From the NCBI GenBank assembly GCA_000182565.2, contig KQ257466.1: 64,000 bases of DNA; one strand, 5' to 3'. The number at the start of each line of letters is the position of its first letter. The stretch's first letter is position 1. A program made the position numbers and the translations under genes. Positions 62,535 through 64,000 of the stretch are shown here, in pieces. A model generated the notes under the pieces. The model worked only from the letters and a program-made list of their open reading frames with translations. It made no database searches and was not told the origin of the DNA. Source of the DNA: Spizellomyces punctatus DAOM BR117. Taxonomy: Eukaryota.

Positions 62535-63454
62535 TCATTTCTTGCTCGTGTTCGTGTTGGTGTTCACGGGTTGGCCAGTCCCCTCAGCCTTCTTTCTCGA
62601 CGCCCAATAGTTTTGCCCATACGACACAGTCAACTCTTCTCCTGGGTACAGAGGCTTGATCGACACGTAGATCGGTCTCCACAGATTATTCCACGGAACG
62701 TAAACAACATCACAGTTGGGATCATCATCATGGTTTACAAATCTCGCAATGTTGCCGATAAATTGGGAATCAACACCCAAGGCCATGATATTCCCATTCT
62801 CATCACGAATCCGACTGTAATAATGCCATTCGTAATCCGTTGATCGCGACGAATTCACCAGCATGCCAGAATACTCGGTAATGAACGCATAGGGAGGGAT
62901 ATACGCATCGGTAAACACTCCAAACTTTTTAGCTTCCCCCGTCCATTGAACGTAAAACCGTCTATCGTTGGTAATAAACTTATCCAGAATAGGTCCAAAC
63001 ACACGGGCATAATTATCGTATAATTCCTTTTCGGCGACGTAGTACTCGTCTTTTGTCAAGTCGTGGGATTCAATGTACGGTTTGAGAGAATCGGGGATAA
63101 TAAGGTTGTGAGTGTGTCGGAGGCCGAACCATGTTTCGAAATCTTCGGGGTAGAACCGACGGGTTTTCCAGGCTTCGACCGCGGGTGCGGCTGTTTCCAC
63201 TGTACCCGCAGTGGATGGGAACAGTGTTTGGATCTTTTCCAATTTCAGTGCCTAAGATTTTTGACAAACAGCAAAATTGCAATGAGCATCTTTTGCTCAT
63301 TTCCGCCCCTTGGTTCTCTAAACTCCTGTTCTTTTACCTGACTCCCCAACAAGATTCCAGCAATAAAAGTAATCGACAAGACAAAGTACCGCTTGGCACT
63401 CGACGACCCTTGCGAAATGGGCTTGTACCCCTTTTGTGTATGCGCTTGACCCAT
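62535..63454 (-). CDS. SET-domain lysine methyltransferase with an N-terminal signal anchor, 2 exons
   Basis: Exon 1 MGQAHTQ...KRYFVLSITFIAGILLGSQ joins through a phase-0 GT-AG intron to ALKLEKIQT. SET motifs: FGVFT, FITEYSG, GNIARFVNHDDDPNC, GEELTVSYG..YW. Confidence 0.88.
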
Positions 63455-64000
63455 CCTTGTTAATATGTGTAAAAGAAGGAAACTGGGATATGGAAGAGAG
63501 AGGAGGGAATCACTCATAAGTTTCCTTTAAATACTCGCCATTGTCTTTCTACCCAAAAAGATTGGGTTCCCCATCCAATATGAAAGTCAACGATCCAGAT
63601 TAGTTTTTGAAACAACGTTTCATTTAAGGTTACTCGTTGTGCAGCGCCACTGGGCCGCGTACCATGACTGTGCCATGGATGGGACCATATGGCCGGGGGG
63701 TAAATCAATTGATGAGTGGCTTATTAGCAATGCGAGAGGGGAGTACAAGGCGGCGGTTACTGTGGGTGGATCCGACGGTAACTTTGCGAGTGGACAAAGA
63801 AACCCCCGCGGCAAGTTGACAAACGAAAGAAGTTTGCAAATAAAGAGAACAAAACTCGCAATACCAGCCGTTTACTGTACAGTGTGGAAATGGATGGCAA
63901 GGGCAATAGCCGTCATGTTTTGAAATATAGGACACTCCCACTTTTCCATCCAATTTGATTTTTTCATTGTCTCATTAGCCGCACTCGGAATGACTCGGCA

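Noticed and set aside
63242..63517. Apparent stop or frameshift between the two ORFs of the SET gene
   Set aside because: Explained by a canonical phase-0 GT-AG intron (CAG|gtaaaa...cttag|GCA).

Overview
This is eukaryotic, intron-rich (mostly GT-AG introns of about 50-90 nt) fungal DNA. An axonemal inner-arm dynein heavy chain together with a division-2 chitin synthase indicates a zoosporic (chytrid-type) fungus. About 20-23 genes lie in the window, in order: the N-terminus of a BRCT protein (probably an X-family polymerase, running off the left edge), a histidine phosphatase (SHB17-like), an F-box protein, a multi-pass membrane protein, an acidic hypothetical protein, a secreted ACE-like M2 metallopeptidase, a DUF599 protein, vigilin/Scp160, the dynein heavy chain (with a 1-nt frameshift), a GPI-anchored GH26, a plant-type F-box protein, a co-oriented alternative oxidase / GPR1-FUN34-YaaH / mitochondrial hemerythrin trio, chitin synthase, a secreted CBM10/dockerin-like + CHRD protein, a WNK kinase, a tandem CCCH zinc-finger protein and a signal-anchored, Chlamydia-NUE-like SET protein. 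I could not support any rRNA, tRNA, CRISPR array or transposon. Gene models were spliced by eye and family assignments come from motif recognition, not database searches.
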